A stretch of 64,000 nucleotides of DNA. Origin: a bacterium (lineage in GTDB: Bacteria > SZUA-182 > DTGQ01 > JAFGSM01). Shown piece after piece: positions 50,531 through 60,256 of this stretch. Under the pieces are notes generated by a model. It had not been told where the DNA came from, did not search any database, and was given only the letters and a program-made list of their open reading frames with translations. The position numbers were made by a program, and so were the translations under genes. The stretch's first letter is position 1, and the number at the start of each line of letters is the position of its first letter. Location of the stretch: assembly GCA_049472355.1 (NCBI GenBank), contig JBLIRP010000003.1:2636-66635 (forward strand). The letters run 5' to 3'.

Positions 50531-51610
50531 TTGTGGAGGACAGAATTCATGATGACGCTTCGTCAATTTTTGGCTCAGCATGATACGATTCCTGCGGTGA
50601 CCTCATGGTATCTCGCTGAACTTGGCGAGGATCGAGGAAGGCAGGAACTCTTCACCCGCCAGTCTCCGCAGCGTCTTAAAATATTGCGGGAACATGCGTT
50701 GATCGAAAGCGCGGTTTCCTCAAACCGGATTGAAGGGGTCGAGATCGACAAAAATCGAATCGGCACCGTAGTTTTCGGCAAGCCGGTCCTTCGTGACCGA
50801 AATGAAGAGGAGATCCGGGGTTACCGGGAGGCGCTCAGGATTATTCATGAAAATCCCTCGCGGCTAACGATTACCGAAGAGACCATCCTGTCATTTCACC
50901 GGCTTGCACGAGGAGAGATTTGGGATGCCGGCACATACAAGGAAAAGGATGGGGACATCATCGAAAGGCATTCGGACGGCACTTCCCACACCCGGTTCAA
51001 GACGGTTCCGGCTGCTAAAACCTCCGCCTTCATGCAAGAGCTTGTAGAGCTTTGGGAATACTCGATTCAGGAACGCCTGATGCATCCCTTGATCGTGTTG
51101 GCTGCGTTCAACCTGGATTTTCTATGCATCCATCCATTTCGTGACGGGAACGGACGAGTGTCGCGCTTACTGCTGCTGCTTCAATGTTACCATCTTGGAT
51201 ACGAGGTCGGTCGTTATATAAGCATCGAGCGTATCATCGAACAGAACAAGGAACGTTACTACCAAACACTCGAACAAAGCTCTTATAAGTGGCATGAGGG
51301 GATGCATGATCCCTGGCCCTTCATCAATTACCTTCTTTCCATTCTCAAGGCTGCTTACAAAGAATTCGAGGAACGCCTCGATCATGTTGAAACACCCCGG
51401 GGTGCCAAGACTGAAATGATAGAAGCGGCTGTCAACGGATTTTTAGGGGATTTCACGCTGACCCAACTGGAGCGGACATGCCCGGCAGTGAGCCGTGACA
51501 TGATAAGGCGCATCCTACGTGAGCTTAAAAAGGCGGGCCATGTGGAATGTCTCGGTCGCGGTCCTGGTGCTGTCTGGAGGAAAAAGGGTAATACCTCTAA
51601 GAAAGGGTAA
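50531..51610 (+). CDS. Fic-family protein with C-terminal winged HTH
   Basis: SSNRIEG and canonical HPFRDGNGRVSR. Confidence 0.93.
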   Translation: MWRTEFMMTLRQFLAQHDTIPAVTSWYLAELGEDRGRQELFTRQSPQRLKILREHALIESAVSSNRIEGVEIDKNRIGTVVFGKPVLRDRNEEEIRGYREALRIIHENPSRLTITEETILSFHRLARGEIWDAGTYKEKDGDIIERHSDGTSHTRFKTVPAAKTSAFMQELVELWEYSIQERLMHPLIVLAAFNLDFLCIHPFRDGNGRVSRLLLLLQCYHLGYEVGRYISIERIIEQNKERYYQTLEQSSYKWHEGMHDPWPFINYLLSILKAAYKEFEERLDHVETPRGAKTEMIEAAVNGFLGDFTLTQLERTCPAVSRDMIRRILRELKKAGHVECLGRGPGAVWRKKGNTSKKG

Positions 51611-51645
51611 TAAAGAGGGTAAAAACATGTATCGAGGGTGAAGCA

Positions 51646-51870
51646 TTGCTCGGACGCTACTTTGGTGTCAATTATCCCGGAGGCGTCTTCTGGGTGGATG
51701 CAGACCAGGGGATTTCAGCTTTGATAAACCAGGTGTCACAGGGGGCAGGTATAGATATCGATGCAACCCTCAAAGAAAAGGAACAATTGGACCAGCTTTG
51801 GACAAAGCTCAGCCAGTTTCAGCATGCCCTTATCATTCTCGATAATTTTTCCGAACTTGGGGAGCTTTGA
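51646..51870 (+). pseudogene. Internal fragment of an NB-ARC/STAND-like ATPase
   Basis: YPGGVFWVDA and Walker-B-like LIILDN. No Walker A, and an early stop. Confidence 0.55.
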
Positions 51871-52267
51871 CCATGGCTTCCTCCTGCCGGTTCCATCTAT
51901 ACATACCTATCTCTTCATTTAAGAGATGTGAAAAAAATAAGGCTTTTCGCAAAATCCCTTGATAAAATAAAAGTCTTTCTACTTTTAATGGTGTTATCCA
52001 TGATATTAAGTTTCCAATAAAAAGATGAATGAAATTTGCATTTATTCACCAAAAAATGTAACCCAAACCATGGAACAAAATCAATCGGGATATCTGATTG
52101 ACATAAAAACATAATCAAAGCAAGTGCCAATCTAATCGTATATCAATTTATCATTTAACCCCCTAATATTTTATATACTTATTCCGATAAGTAATAGTAA
52201 AAAGAACATCCCGATTACTGGTTGATTAAGGCCATTTGGGGTATTTACCCGGCGTTTATCAGCAGAA

Positions 52268-54277
52268 ATGGGTAAAGAAACACTTTTGGCGTCTGACGAA
52301 ACAACAATGGGTCTGAACAAGAAAAGAATCGGTGTATTTGTCTGCCATTGCGGGACAAACATTGCCGGCACCCTGGATGTCACAAAGATCGTGGAGTCCG
52401 TAAAGGACGACCCGGATGTGGCATACTGTGTGGACTATGTGTACATGTGCTCGGAACCCGGGCAGAACATGGTCAAGGATGCGATCAGGGAAAAGAACCT
52501 GGACAGCGTGATCATCGCCTCATGCTCCCCCACCCTTCATCAGGCGACCTTCCGGAAGACCATCGCCTCCGCGGGCCTGAATCCCTATCAGTGCGAGATC
52601 GCCAATATCCGGGAGCAGTGCAGTTGGGTCCACCAGGAGGACAAGGAGCAGGCCACCCAGAAGGCCATCCGGATCATCCGGAGCATCATTGAAAAAATGA
52701 AGCTCAACGAATCCCTTGTGCCGATCGGGGTGCATGTCACCCGGAGGGCGCTGGTCATCGGCGGCGGGATCGCCGGGATGCAGGCGGCCCTGGATATCGC
52801 AAACGCCGGGTACGAGGTGGTGCTGGTGGAGCGGCAATCCTCCATCGGCGGTCATATGGCGCAGTTGTCGGAGACATTCCCTACCCTGGACTGCTCCCAG
52901 TGCATCCTCACCCCCCGGATGGTGGAGGTGGGGCAGCATCCGAAGATCAAGCTGCTTACCTATTCGGAGGTGGAGGAGATCTCCGGATATGTAGGGAATT
53001 TCAAGGTAAAGATCCGGCGGAAGCCCACGTACGTGGACTGGACCAAATGCACGGCATGCGGCCTTTGTTCCGAGAAGTGCCCCACCAAGGTCCCCTCCGA
53101 ATTCGACCGGGGATTGAAAACCAGGAAGGCCATCTATGTCCCCTTTCCCCAGGCGGTCCCGAACAAACCGGTGATCGACCATGAGCACTGCCTGTATCTC
53201 AAAATAGGCAAGTGCGGGGTGTGCGAAAAGACCTGCCAGGCAGGGGCCATCAACTATAAGGATGAGGAAACGTATATCGAGGAAGAGGTGGGCGCGGTGG
53301 TGGTGGCCACGGGGTATGAGCTCTACGGCATGGAGCATTTCCCTGAATACGGCATGGGACAGCACAAGGATGTGCTGGATGGATTGTCTTTCGAGCGTCT
53401 GCTGTCCGCTTCCGGACCCACCACCGGTGAGGTCAGACGGCCGTCCGACGGCGCCGTGCCCAAGCGGGTGGCATTCATTGCATGCGTGGGCTCCAGGGAC
53501 CGGGAGCACCATTTCCCCTACTGCTCCAAGATATGCTGCATGTATACGGCAAAACATGCCATGCTCTACAAGCACAAGGTCCCGGATGGAGAGGCCATTG
53601 TCTTCTTTATCGATACACGATGCGGCGGCAAGAATTACGAGGAGTTCGTGACCCGGGCCCAGGAGGAGGATGAGGTGATCTATGTGCGGGGCAAGGTCTC
53701 CAGGGTCCTGAATAGCAACCACAACGGCAAACTCACCATCCTGGGTGCGGATACCCTTTTGGGAAAGCAGATCCAGGTGGAATGCGATATGGTGGTCCTT
53801 TCCATGGCCATGGTGCCGTCGCCCGGCATTCAGGAGCTTGCGAGAAAATTGAAGATCCAGATGGACAGCCATGGCTTCCTCTCGGAGGCGCATCCGAAGC
53901 TTCGGCCGGTGGAGACACTGACCGCGGGCTTCTATCTGGCGGGCTGCGCCCAGGCCCCCAAGGATATACCCGACGTGGTGGCCCAGGCCAGCGGTGCCGC
54001 AAGCAAGGTCTTCGCCCTGTTCTCGCAGGAGGAGTTATCACATGAGCCGGTAGTGGCCACCGTGGATGAGGAGGTATGCAGCGGCTGCGGCAAGTGCGTG
54101 GCAGCCTGTGCCTATAGCGCCATTGAACTGGATCCCCAGCGGAAGATCGCCAAAGTAAACGAGGTGGTATGCGAGGGGTGCGGCGCCTGCGCCTGCGCCT
54201 GCCCGAGCGGGGCGTGCCGGTTGAGGAACCTCACCAGCACCCAGATATTGAACATGGTGGATGTTCTGGAAGGGTAG
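52268..54277 (+). CDS. hdrA: Heterodisulfide reductase subunit A (canonical size)
   Basis: IGVFVCHCGTNI, NIREQCSWVH, GGGIAG, FPTLDCSQC, CVGSRD..CSKICC, inserted and C-terminal ferredoxin motifs. Confidence 0.95.
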   Translation: MGKETLLASDETTMGLNKKRIGVFVCHCGTNIAGTLDVTKIVESVKDDPDVAYCVDYVYMCSEPGQNMVKDAIREKNLDSVIIASCSPTLHQATFRKTIASAGLNPYQCEIANIREQCSWVHQEDKEQATQKAIRIIRSIIEKMKLNESLVPIGVHVTRRALVIGGGIAGMQAALDIANAGYEVVLVERQSSIGGHMAQLSETFPTLDCSQCILTPRMVEVGQHPKIKLLTYSEVEEISGYVGNFKVKIRRKPTYVDWTKCTACGLCSEKCPTKVPSEFDRGLKTRKAIYVPFPQAVPNKPVIDHEHCLYLKIGKCGVCEKTCQAGAINYKDEETYIEEEVGAVVVATGYELYGMEHFPEYGMGQHKDVLDGLSFERLLSASGPTTGEVRRPSDGAVPKRVAFIACVGSRDREHHFPYCSKICCMYTAKHAMLYKHKVPDGEAIVFFIDTRCGGKNYEEFVTRAQEEDEVIYVRGKVSRVLNSNHNGKLTILGADTLLGKQIQVECDMVVLSMAMVPSPGIQELARKLKIQMDSHGFLSEAHPKLRPVETLTAGFYLAGCAQAPKDIPDVVAQASGAASKVFALFSQEELSHEPVVATVDEEVCSGCGKCVAACAYSAIELDPQRKIAKVNEVVCEGCGACACACPSGACRLRNLTSTQILNMVDVLEG

Positions 54278-54374
54278 AAAAATGACAATGGAGAAATGCG
54301 ATGAACGGTTACAAAAATAGAATGGAAAAGAGAGCATATCCAAAACAATGGATAATAACAAAGTTGGAATTGAA

Positions 54375-54821
54375 ATGAAAAGACACCACATCATCACAAT
54401 CGTAGCGGTCATACTGCTGGTCCGCACGATCCCAGCTCATGCAAATCCGATTGTGCCTGACCTATTTGGCACGTCAGGAGACGGTCCGCTGTTTCTGCTT
54501 GTTGCTGTGTCAGCCCTGCTTGTCGAATACCTGTTTGTAAGAAGAGTTTTACACCCTTGGGTGAAATTTAGGTATGTGGTTCCATCCTTCCTGATTGTCA
54601 ATATCGTCTCGTTTCCCCTCACAACAATTCTGGCGACAATGCTTGTTTGGGTCGCGGAGATTCTACCTCTCGTAATCGAACCTCCGATGTATAAGTGGTA
54701 TTTACGTAAAGTCGATGTCGAGGTTCCAAGTATCCGAGCGAGAATCATTGGGGCGAACCTTGCTGGTTTTGCCCTTGGTGTTGTGGCATACCATGGCATC
54801 ATTATCTGGAAAGGTGTATGA
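54375..54821 (+). CDS. Hypothetical membrane protein inserted in the hdr cluster
   Basis: Signal-like N-terminus (..AHA|NP) and 3-4 hydrophobic helices. Codon style differs from its neighbours. ORF open from 54348. Confidence 0.7.
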   Translation: MKRHHIITIVAVILLVRTIPAHANPIVPDLFGTSGDGPLFLLVAVSALLVEYLFVRRVLHPWVKFRYVVPSFLIVNIVSFPLTTILATMLVWVAEILPLVIEPPMYKWYLRKVDVEVPSIRARIIGANLAGFALGVVAYHGIIIWKGV

Positions 54822-54913
54822 ACAATGAACGATTTCAACAAATCCATGCAGGCGATGATGGATAATGGAAGAATGAAAGTGGAGAATACTTCAAAGGCAG
54901 GGGATATACTACA

Positions 54914-57900
54914 TTGATCAAGAACGGAAAAGTCGGGGCCGTGATGGTGATCGGCGGCGGGATCGGCGGTATCCAGGCCTCCCTGGATCTGGCCGAGTCC
55001 GGATACAAGGTCTATGTGGTGGAATCCAAGCCCTCCATCGGCGGGGTGATGCCCCAGTTGGACAAGACCTTTCCCACCAACGACTGCTCCATGTGCATCC
55101 TGTCGCCCAAGCTCGTTGATTGCGGCAGGCACAAGGACATAGAGCTCATCACCTATGCGGACGTGGTGAGTGTGGATGGGGAGCCGGGCAACTTCAGGGT
55201 CCGGGTGAGGAAACGCCCCAGGTACGTGGATGCGCAGAAGTGCAACGGCTGCGGCCATTGTGCCGAGCAGTGCACGGTGGAGCTGGAATCCGAATTCAAT
55301 TTCGGGATCGACAACAGAAAGGCGATCTATGTCCCGTTTCCCCAGGCCGTTCCGAATGTCTACACAATTGTAAAAAAGGGGACGCCCCCCTGCAAATTGC
55401 ATTGCCCGGCAGGGATCAACATCCAGGGCTTCATCGCCCTGATCCGGGCGCGGAAGTATCGGGAGGCCCTGGACCTCATCCGGGAGACCATCCCCCTGCC
55501 TGCCGTCTGCGGCCGGATCTGCCCTCATCCCTGCGAGGATGAATGCAGGAGGGGTGAGGTGGACACGCCGGTCAGCATCTGTGCGCTCAAGCGGTTCGCC
55601 TTTGATTACGGGAGCCAAGCACCCGAAAAATTAGATGATTCAAATGGTGAAACAAAGAAGGAGATCGAAACACAGACATTAGCAGAAGAGCGTAAGGCAA
55701 ACGAAACCCAGAAGGAAAGTGAAACTCACGAGGAAATAGAAACACAAAAAGTCAGCGAAACACAGCAGGCAAATCAAACACAAAAGGGAACGAAGACATC
55801 TCATACAAATACTATAAGAGAAAAACGAAAAGAGAAGGTGGCGATTATCGGCTCCGGGCCTGCAGGGCTGGCTGCGGCGTATGACCTGGCCCTTCTGGGA
55901 TACCCGGTGACCGTGTTCGAGTCCCTGCCGGTTGCAGGCGGCATGCTTGCCGTGGGTATACCGGAGTACCGGCTCCCCAAGGATGTGCTCGAGCAGGAGA
56001 TCGCATTCATACAGGAGGCCGGGGTGGAGATCCGGACCAATTCTCCCATTAAAGGGGACAAGGACCTCAAGGCCCTTTCCAAGGATTACCAGGCCATATT
56101 CCTGGCCACCGGCGCGCACCGGGGATTGAAGCTGGGCATCCCCGGTGAGGACGATTTTCAGGGCATCACGGATGCCGTTACCTTCCTGAGGAAGGTCGCT
56201 CTCAAGGAGAAGATAGCAATCGGGAAGAGGGTCATTGTCATCGGAGGCGGCAATGCGGCGATCGATTCCGCAAGAACCGCCCTGCGCATGGGCTCCGAGG
56301 TGCAGATCCTCTACCGAAGATCCAGGGCCGAGATGCCCGCCTATGAATGGGAGATCGAGGAAGCGGAAAAGGAGGGGGTGAAGATCCATTACCTGGCGGC
56401 CCCGAAAAAGATACTGGGAAGAAACGGGAAGGTCACGGGGATCGAATGTGTGAAGATGAGACTGGGGGAGCCGGATTCAAGCGGCAGGAGAAGGCCCATA
56501 CCCATTGAGGGGTCGGAGTTCGCCATCGAGGCGGACACCGTGATCCCCTCCGTGAGCCAGGCGCCCGCCCTCACATTCCTGGGCGAAAGACACGGATTCG
56601 AGATCTCGGAAAGGGGCACCCTTGTGGTGGACGAAGAGACACTCGCCACCAACAAACCCGGCATATTTGCAGGGGGTGACGCGGCCACCGGTCCCCGCAC
56701 CGCCATCGAGGCCATTGCAGCGGGCAAAAAGGCCGCCATCTTCATGGACCGGTATATCCGGGGTGTGGACCTCAAAGAGGGCAGGGCGGTGGAACAAACA
56801 CCGGTGGATACCTCCCAGCTGGCTCGGCTGTTGAAGGGGATGGAACAGGTGGGGCGGCAGGAGACACTCCAGATTCCGATTAAGGAGCGATTGGCCGGTT
56901 TCAGGGAGGTGGACCGGGGGTTCGATGAAGAAACCGCGGTCAGGGAATCGGAGCGCTGCCTGAACTGTGGCGGGTGCTCGGAGTGCCGGGTGTGCGAGAC
57001 CGCCTGTGAGGCCGATGCCATCCTGCACGATCAGAAGGAGGAAGAGGTGGAGATAGAGGTGGGGGCCATCCTCCTGGCACCAGGCTATCACATCTTTGAT
57101 CCCACACTCCGGCCGCAGTATGGGTATGGACGATTCCCCAATGTCCTTACCAGCCTGGAGTATGAACGTATCCTCTCCGCATCCGGGCCGTTCCACGGAC
57201 ACGTGGTCAGGCCCTTCGATCGCCGGGAGCCGAAAAAGATCGCATTCATCCAGTGCGTGGGCTCCAGGGAGGAGGAACACAACTACTGCTCATCCGTGTG
57301 CTGCATGTATGCCACCAAGGAGGCCGTGATCACCAGGGAGCATGCACCGGACACGGAGATCACCATATTTTATATGGATATGAGGGCCTTCGGGAAGGAG
57401 TTCGACAAGTACATCGACCGGGCTGAGAATGAATACGGGATCCGATACGTGCGCTGCCGGATCACGGAGATCGACGAGATACCGGCAAACCGGGACCTCA
57501 CCATTCGGTATGAGACCGAGGATGGCGAACTCATGGAGGATGAATTCAACATGGTGATCCTTTCTGTGGGCCTGAACCCGCCCGAGCATATCCGGGATCT
57601 GAAGGAGCGGCTGGGTATCGAACTGAACCAGCACGGCTTTATTAAGACCCTGCCATGGACACCGGAGGAGACCTCGATGCCGGGGATCTATGTGTGCGGG
57701 GCATCCTGCGAGCCAAAAGACATCCCGGAGACGGTCACCCAGGCATCGGGCGCCGCTGCCAAGGCCTCCGCCCTTCTCTCCTCCGCCAGGGGGACGCTCC
57801 TCACGGAAAAGGTGTATCCAGAGGAGATGGATGTCACGGATCAGCCCCCCAGGGTGGGGGTCTTTATCTGTAACTGCGGGATCAATATCGGGGGCGTGGT

Positions 57901-59533
57901 CCGGGTCCCGGAGGTGGTGGAATACGCAAGGACCCTGCCGGATGTGGCCTATGCTGAGGAGAACCTGTACACCTGCTCCCAGGATACCCAGGACAAGATC
58001 AAACAAAAGATCGACGAATATCATATCAACCGGGTGGTGGTGGCCTCATGCACGCCCAGGACGCATGAATCCCTCTTCCGGGACACGATCCGGGAGGCGG
58101 GGCTGAATCCCTATCTCTTCGAGCTGGCAAACATCAGGGATCAGTGCTCCTGGGTGCATATGCACGAGCCCGGAAAAGCTACGGAAAAGGCCAAGGCACT
58201 GGTTTCCATGGCCGTGGCCAAGGCCAGTTTGCTCAAACCGCTCCACACCTCCTCCATCGAAGTGGAGCCAAGGGCGCTGGTGATCGGCGGGGGCCTCTCG
58301 GGCATCACCGCATCCCTCTCCCTGGCGGATCAGGGATACGAGGTGCATCTCGTGGAGAGGGAAAAGGAACTGGGGGGCAATCTCCGGACAATCCATTACA
58401 CCCTGGAGGGTCTGGATGCACAGGATCTCCTGAAAGATACGATTCGGAGGGTTGAGAGCAACGACCGCATCCATATCCATACAGATGCCCGGATCCAGGA
58501 GGTCTCGGGTTATGTGGGGAACTTCAGGACCATAATCAAAACAGGGAATGGAAATAATAAAGATGCATCAGGATCGATAGAAGAGATCGCCCATGGGGTT
58601 ATTATCGTGGCCACAGGCGCTAAGGAAAACGTCCCCAAGGAATATCTCTATGGCAAGGACGAGCGGGTGATCACCCAATCAGAGTTGGAGAAACGGATCT
58701 CCGAAAAGAGGCCTGAAATCCGGGATCTGAAGACCCTGGTCATGATCCAGTGCGTGGGCTCCAGGGACGAGGAGCATCCTTACTGCAGTCGGATATGCTG
58801 CTCCCATGCATTGAAGAATGGATTGAAGCTCAAGGAGCAGAATCCCAAGGCCCATATCTTTGTCTTCTACCGGGATGTCCGGACCTACGGGTTCAAGGAG
58901 GCCTACTACAAGGAGGCGAGGGAAAAGGGGATCACCTTTATCCGGTACGATCAGGATGCCAAGCCGCATGTTTCCACCAAAGACGGGCGTCTGTTCGTCA
59001 AGGCCATGGAGCCCATACTGCACCGGGAGGTGGGGATCGCCCCGGACCTGCTCGTATTGAGCCCGGGCATCATCCCGAACCACAACCAGGACTTGGCCCA
59101 GATCCTCAAGGTGCCTTTGACCGGGGATCATTTCTTCCTCGAGGCGCATGTCAAACTCCGGCCCATAGACTTTGCCGCGGACGGCATCTTCCTGTGCGGG
59201 CTTGCGCATTCCCCCAGATTCATAGAGGAGTCCATATCCCAGGCCAACGGGGTCTCCCAGCGGGCGGCCACCATCCTCTCCAAGGACCACCTGGAATCCC
59301 AGGGGACCGTGGTGTATGTAAACGAGCGATGGTGCACCGGATGCGGGACGTGCGTAGCGGTCTGTCCGTACGATGCCAGGGAGATCGATGTAACCACGGG
59401 GATTGCAAGGATAAAAGAGGTATTGTGCCAGGGGTGCGGGGCCTGTGCCGTGGCTTGTCCCTCGGGCGCAACCCAGCAGAAGGGATTCGAGAAGAGACAG
59501 ATCCTGTGCATGGTGGATGCCGCCACAGGGTAG
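54914..59533 (+). CDS. hdrL: Large HdrA-family flavoprotein (HdrL type) with two HdrA modules and an inserted GltD-like NAD(P)H oxidoreductase
   Basis: FPTNDCSMC. GltD-like CP..CGRICPHPCE, GSGPAG, GGGNAAID, FAGGD. Two CVGSR..CS..CC motifs. C-terminal ferredoxin. Confidence 0.9.
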   Translation: MIKNGKVGAVMVIGGGIGGIQASLDLAESGYKVYVVESKPSIGGVMPQLDKTFPTNDCSMCILSPKLVDCGRHKDIELITYADVVSVDGEPGNFRVRVRKRPRYVDAQKCNGCGHCAEQCTVELESEFNFGIDNRKAIYVPFPQAVPNVYTIVKKGTPPCKLHCPAGINIQGFIALIRARKYREALDLIRETIPLPAVCGRICPHPCEDECRRGEVDTPVSICALKRFAFDYGSQAPEKLDDSNGETKKEIETQTLAEERKANETQKESETHEEIETQKVSETQQANQTQKGTKTSHTNTIREKRKEKVAIIGSGPAGLAAAYDLALLGYPVTVFESLPVAGGMLAVGIPEYRLPKDVLEQEIAFIQEAGVEIRTNSPIKGDKDLKALSKDYQAIFLATGAHRGLKLGIPGEDDFQGITDAVTFLRKVALKEKIAIGKRVIVIGGGNAAIDSARTALRMGSEVQILYRRSRAEMPAYEWEIEEAEKEGVKIHYLAAPKKILGRNGKVTGIECVKMRLGEPDSSGRRRPIPIEGSEFAIEADTVIPSVSQAPALTFLGERHGFEISERGTLVVDEETLATNKPGIFAGGDAATGPRTAIEAIAAGKKAAIFMDRYIRGVDLKEGRAVEQTPVDTSQLARLLKGMEQVGRQETLQIPIKERLAGFREVDRGFDEETAVRESERCLNCGGCSECRVCETACEADAILHDQKEEEVEIEVGAILLAPGYHIFDPTLRPQYGYGRFPNVLTSLEYERILSASGPFHGHVVRPFDRREPKKIAFIQCVGSREEEHNYCSSVCCMYATKEAVITREHAPDTEITIFYMDMRAFGKEFDKYIDRAENEYGIRYVRCRITEIDEIPANRDLTIRYETEDGELMEDEFNMVILSVGLNPPEHIRDLKERLGIELNQHGFIKTLPWTPEETSMPGIYVCGASCEPKDIPETVTQASGAAAKASALLSSARGTLLTEKVYPEEMDVTDQPPRVGVFICNCGINIGGVVRVPEVVEYARTLPDVAYAEENLYTCSQDTQDKIKQKIDEYHINRVVVASCTPRTHESLFRDTIREAGLNPYLFELANIRDQCSWVHMHEPGKATEKAKALVSMAVAKASLLKPLHTSSIEVEPRALVIGGGLSGITASLSLADQGYEVHLVEREKELGGNLRTIHYTLEGLDAQDLLKDTIRRVESNDRIHIHTDARIQEVSGYVGNFRTIIKTGNGNNKDASGSIEEIAHGVIIVATGAKENVPKEYLYGKDERVITQSELEKRISEKRPEIRDLKTLVMIQCVGSRDEEHPYCSRICCSHALKNGLKLKEQNPKAHIFVFYRDVRTYGFKEAYYKEAREKGITFIRYDQDAKPHVSTKDGRLFVKAMEPILHREVGIAPDLLVLSPGIIPNHNQDLAQILKVPLTGDHFFLEAHVKLRPIDFAADGIFLCGLAHSPRFIEESISQANGVSQRAATILSKDHLESQGTVVYVNERWCTGCGTCVAVCPYDAREIDVTTGIARIKEVLCQGCGACAVACPSGATQQKGFEKRQILCMVDAATG

Positions 59534-59609
59534 GAGGACACCATAAGTCAACGTGAACCAAAGATCATTGCCTGTGCATAGTGGATGCTGCAACAAGTTA
59601 GAAGGATAC
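59503..59609 (+). repeat. Degenerate tandem duplication of the hdrL-mvhD junction
   Basis: 59503-59541 versus 59571-59609: 32 of 39 identical. The spacer resembles a dead mvhD start. Confidence 0.7.
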
Positions 59610-59693
59610 AAGCTGGTAAGGTACCACGACAGAACACGAAACGCAGTGTGTGATGGCCGGTACTGCTGCGGCATCATCTGTTAGGGGGATAGC

Positions 59694-60116
59694 ATGAGCG
59701 AATACGAACCGACAATCGTTGCCTTTTTGTGTAACTGGTGTACATACGCGGGTGCGGACCTTGCCGGGACCTCCAGGATCCAGTATCCACCGAATATCCG
59801 GGTGATCCGGGTGATGTGCAGCGGGTCCGTGGACCCTGTGTATGTGATCAAACCCCTTCTGGAGGGTGTGGATGGGGTGTTCATCGGGGGCTGCCACCCC
59901 GGGGACTGCCATTACGTCTCCGGCAACTATAAGGCCAGAAGACGGATCACCGTGCTCAAGGCCATCTTGAAGCAGCTCGGGTTCGAGGAGGAAAGGATCA
60001 AGATCCGCTGGGTCTCCGCCTCAGAGGGGCAGAGATTTGCGGATACCATCAAGGAGATGGTGGCGGACCTGAAAAAACTGGGGCCCAATCCCATGCAGAA
60101 GCACTGGGAAATATGA
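59694..60116 (+). CDS. mvhD: Second MvhD-family [2Fe-2S] subunit
   Basis: FLCNWCTYAGADLAG, MCSG, GCHPGDCHY, WVSASEG. Confidence 0.95.
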   Translation: MSEYEPTIVAFLCNWCTYAGADLAGTSRIQYPPNIRVIRVMCSGSVDPVYVIKPLLEGVDGVFIGGCHPGDCHYVSGNYKARRRITVLKAILKQLGFEEERIKIRWVSASEGQRFADTIKEMVADLKKLGPNPMQKHWEI

Positions 60117-60256
60117 TGGGCGTGCCCGTGTGCAGTCGCATGCGGCACCGCACCGTATCAGGATAAGAAAGATACAAAAAGGGAATCGATACATCGGATA
60201 ACAAATAGGAAATAAGAAAGAGTAACATATTCGTTAAAAGGTTGGAGGCAAAAACA

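Noticed and set aside
52114-52130. Sigma-54-like TGGCACTTGCTTTGA on the minus strand
   Set aside because: The -12 element is imperfect (TTGA), and it points away from hdrA with no nearby minus-strand gene.
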